This document shows, in pieces, positions 61,713 to 64,000 of a stretch of 64,000 nucleotides of DNA (positions are counted from its first letter, which is position 1; each line of letters starts with the position of its first letter). Source of the DNA: a bacterium (GTDB taxonomy: Bacteria > UBA8248); NCBI GenBank assembly GCA_965213685.1, contig CBDBZY010000031.1, forward strand, positions 64,001 to 128,000. The letters are read 5' to 3'. The notes under the pieces were generated by a model, which worked only from the letters and a program-made list of their open reading frames with translations, was not told the origin of the DNA and did not search any database. The translations under genes and the position numbers were made by a program.

Positions 61713-63152
61713 TCAGGGCGCCACGATGCGGATGGGCCGCCCGTCGCGCAGCCGGTTCGTGGCGCTCACCACCACCCGCTCCCCCACCCGCAGCCCCTGG
61801 AGAATCTCGATTCGGCCGTCGATCATCTCGCCCAGGCGCACCTCGCGGCGCACCACCATGAAGCGCGGTGCGCGCCCGGCGCCTCGCGCGTTCGCCTCGG
61901 CCACTCCCGCCCGCGGGCCTCCCCCGGCGCCGCCCCGTCCGCCTCCGCCTCCCCTCTCCTCTCTCCGGATGCTCTCGACGACGAAGACGGAGCCCGCGCG
62001 GGTGCGCAAATCCCCGTCCCACGCCACGGCGTGCAGCGGCAGGTTGATCGCGCTCCTGCCCAGCAGCGGGTCGAACCGCACGCGGGCGAGGAGGCCCGGC
62101 CGCAGCAAGGCGTTCGGGTTCTCGAGGTCCACCTCCACTATCAGCTGCCGCGCGCTCGGGTCCACGTGCGGAAAAATGCGGCTCAGCCTTCCCGAGAAGA
62201 CGCGGCCGCGGTGGGCGTCGAGCTCGACCCGCGCCCCCTGGCCCTTCCGGATGAGCGGCAAGTCCAGCTCGCTCACCCGCACCCGGGCGCGCAGCGTGTC
62301 CGTCTGGGCGATGGTGAACAGGTGGGCGCGGTTCACCGCAAGGTCGCCGGGCTCTATTTTTCTCTCCGTGACGACGCCCGGTATGGGCGAGCGCACGTTG
62401 AAGTATTCCACCTCCACCTCCAGCCGACGCACCTGCTGGAGGCGCTTGCGCACCTCCGCCTCGGCCATCGCTATCTCCTCGGCCCGCGCGCCGATTTTCA
62501 CCAGCTGGAGCCTCTCCTCCGCTACGCGCACCCGGGCGGCGTCCTCGGCGCGCCTCGCCCGGCGCTCGGCCACGTCCGCGCGCGCGCGACTCAACTCGGT
62601 CGTCACCTTGCGCCACTCCTGGGCGCTGATGACGCCCTTTTGATGCAAGGCGTCCAAAGAGCGCGCGTTGGCGTCCGCCTCCTCGCGCCGGGCGATGGCG
62701 GAGGCGAGCTCCGCGTCGCCACGCGCCCGCGTCGCCCGCGCCTGCGCGACGGCCGCGGCCGCGGCGGCTATCTCCTGCGGCCGGCTTCCCGCCCGCAACT
62801 TTTTCAGGTTCGCCCGCGCGGCGGCGAGTTCGCTCTCGGCGAGGGCCAGGTCGATGCGCTTGATGGTGTCGTCCAGCCGCGCGAGGATTTGCCCCTTCCC
62901 CACGCGCGCCCCCTCGCGCACCAGCACTTCGCGCACCTGGCCCTCGGCGCGGGACATGAGCCTCGCCTCGCTGCGGGACAGCAGGGTGCCCGTGGCCGCC
63001 ACGCGCCTGCCGAGGCGGCCCACGGCGACTTTCTCCACCTTCACAGAGACGACGCGGTTTCGCCGCCCCCTGGCGCGGCCCGCCTCGGCGGGTGCGCACG
63101 CGCCCCAGGCGATGAGGAAGGCGAGAAACACAAGAGACGCTTTTGCGGCCAT
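61713..63152 (-). CDS. RND efflux periplasmic adaptor (membrane fusion protein)
   Basis: G.V.EVLVREG..V.KGQILARLD, long coiled coil, RSPIPGVV, LRPG, GLRVGERVV. Confidence 0.92.
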   Translation of the reverse strand: MAAKASLVFLAFLIAWGACAPAEAGRARGRRNRVVSVKVEKVAVGRLGRRVAATGTLLSRSEARLMSRAEGQVREVLVREGARVGKGQILARLDDTIKRIDLALAESELAAARANLKKLRAGSRPQEIAAAAAAVAQARATRARGDAELASAIARREEADANARSLDALHQKGVISAQEWRKVTTELSRARADVAERRARRAEDAARVRVAEERLQLVKIGARAEEIAMAEAEVRKRLQQVRRLEVEVEYFNVRSPIPGVVTERKIEPGDLAVNRAHLFTIAQTDTLRARVRVSELDLPLIRKGQGARVELDAHRGRVFSGRLSRIFPHVDPSARQLIVEVDLENPNALLRPGLLARVRFDPLLGRSAINLPLHAVAWDGDLRTRAGSVFVVESIRREERGGGGGRGGAGGGPRAGVAEANARGAGRAPRFMVVRREVRLGEMIDGRIEILQGLRVGERVVVSATNRLRDGRPIRIVAP

Positions 63153-63628
63153 GTTCCCGGCAACTCCCGACGGACTCAGGGACGCCACCCATCCCGCGGA
63201 GAATGGGGCCCCCGCGGAGGATGGGCGACAACGCGAATCAGTCTATCACACGCGCAGGGTATCTCTTTGGACGCGGCCGGGTTCCCGGCCAGTATGGAGA
63301 GAGGAGGATATTCCCGCGCGCGGATAAGGCCGGCGGCGGAGCGCATTCGGTCACCGGGCAAAATCGCCGGGTTCGCTCCCGTCCCGGCCGGGCGGCTCTC
63401 GGCCCGGAAAGACGGCGCGACCTTCGCTCCAGGATTTCGCGGAGGCGGTGAAATCGCGGCCGGTGCGGCTGGTGATTCCCGGGAGCGGGGGGAGGAGGCG
63501 GGCCGGGCGGGCGGCGGCCAACTCCCTCGTCCGGGAGAGCCGGGAAAGGGCGAACACGCCGGGCTCCGTCCGGAACCCGCTCGCCCGCATCGCCCCCGCG
63601 CGCTCCGATGAACGGGCGCGCCCAACGC

Positions 63629-64000
63629 CTAGCCGCCGATGGCGCTCATGGTGCGCACAGGCTGGACGAACTCCTCCTGGCCGATGAGATGCCCCGGCGT
63701 CTTGGTGCGCACCACGCCGGCGAGCCAGGCCTCGATGTCCTCGTCCGACGCCCCGCCGCGCAGCATCTTCTTGATGTCGTGCTCCGTCGTGGAGAACAGG
63801 CAGGTGCGCACCATGCCGTCCGCCGTCAGGCGGATGCGGTTGCAGTCCCGGCAAAAGGGCCGCGTGACCGAGGCGATGACGCCCACCTCCCCGCGTCCGT
63901 CCTTGTAGCGGTAGCGCGTCGCGGGGTCCGAGGGGTGGCCGCTCACGAGCTCGAGTTCCCCCTCGACCGAGAGCCCCTCGAGTATCTCCTCCGCCGTCAG
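63629..64000 (-). CDS. moaA: GTP 3',8-cyclase MoaA (C-terminal part; 5' end outside window)
   Basis: GVIASVTRPFCRDCNRIRLTADG..RTCLF...MSAIGG. Confidence 0.95.
   Translation of the reverse strand: MTAEEILEGLSVEGELELVSGHPSDPATRYRYKDGRGEVGVIASVTRPFCRDCNRIRLTADGMVRTCLFSTTEHDIKKMLRGGASDEDIEAWLAGVVRTKTPGHLIGQEEFVQPVRTMSAIGG

Noticed and set aside
63351-63590. 79-aa minus-strand ORF (MRASGFRTEPG…) after moaA
   Set aside because: Low-complexity composition, no motif and no clear RBS

Overview
GC-rich bacterial chromosomal window with about 55 CDSs. Core genes: folD-xseA-xseB-ispA-dxs-tlyA, cysE-iscS-iscU, greA, ispB-maf, thiI, selD-msrA, comM, rph-rdgB, moaA (partial) and a His-Arg-Lys tRNA cluster. 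These are interleaved with many catabolic and redox enzymes: acyl-CoA dehydrogenases, hydantoinase A/B, LLM monooxygenases, a CoA-transferase, GGT and a DehI-like dehalogenase. Features the ORF track hides: (i) two selenoprotein genes with an in-frame UGA and a downstream SECIS-like hairpin (SelD GGUGSK; an AhpD/CMD-family CxxU protein); (ii) an amino-methyltransferase and an Eco47II-like endonuclease in the same frame, separated only by one TAG; (iii) a DNA methyltransferase-Mrr fusion with an in-frame G17 tract; (iv) a ferredoxin-fused Mo/W-bisPGD enzyme next to a putative di-haem membrane protein; (v) a broken tRNA-Arg(TCT) next to a lower-GC putative nuclease; (vi) operator-like repeats at the comM and marR promoters. 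Seven genes between about 31.8 and 52.3 kb carry frameshifts, mostly at homopolymers, probably long-read consensus errors. No CRISPR array, rRNA, integrase or transposase was seen. All calls come from motif recognition by eye; no database searches were run.
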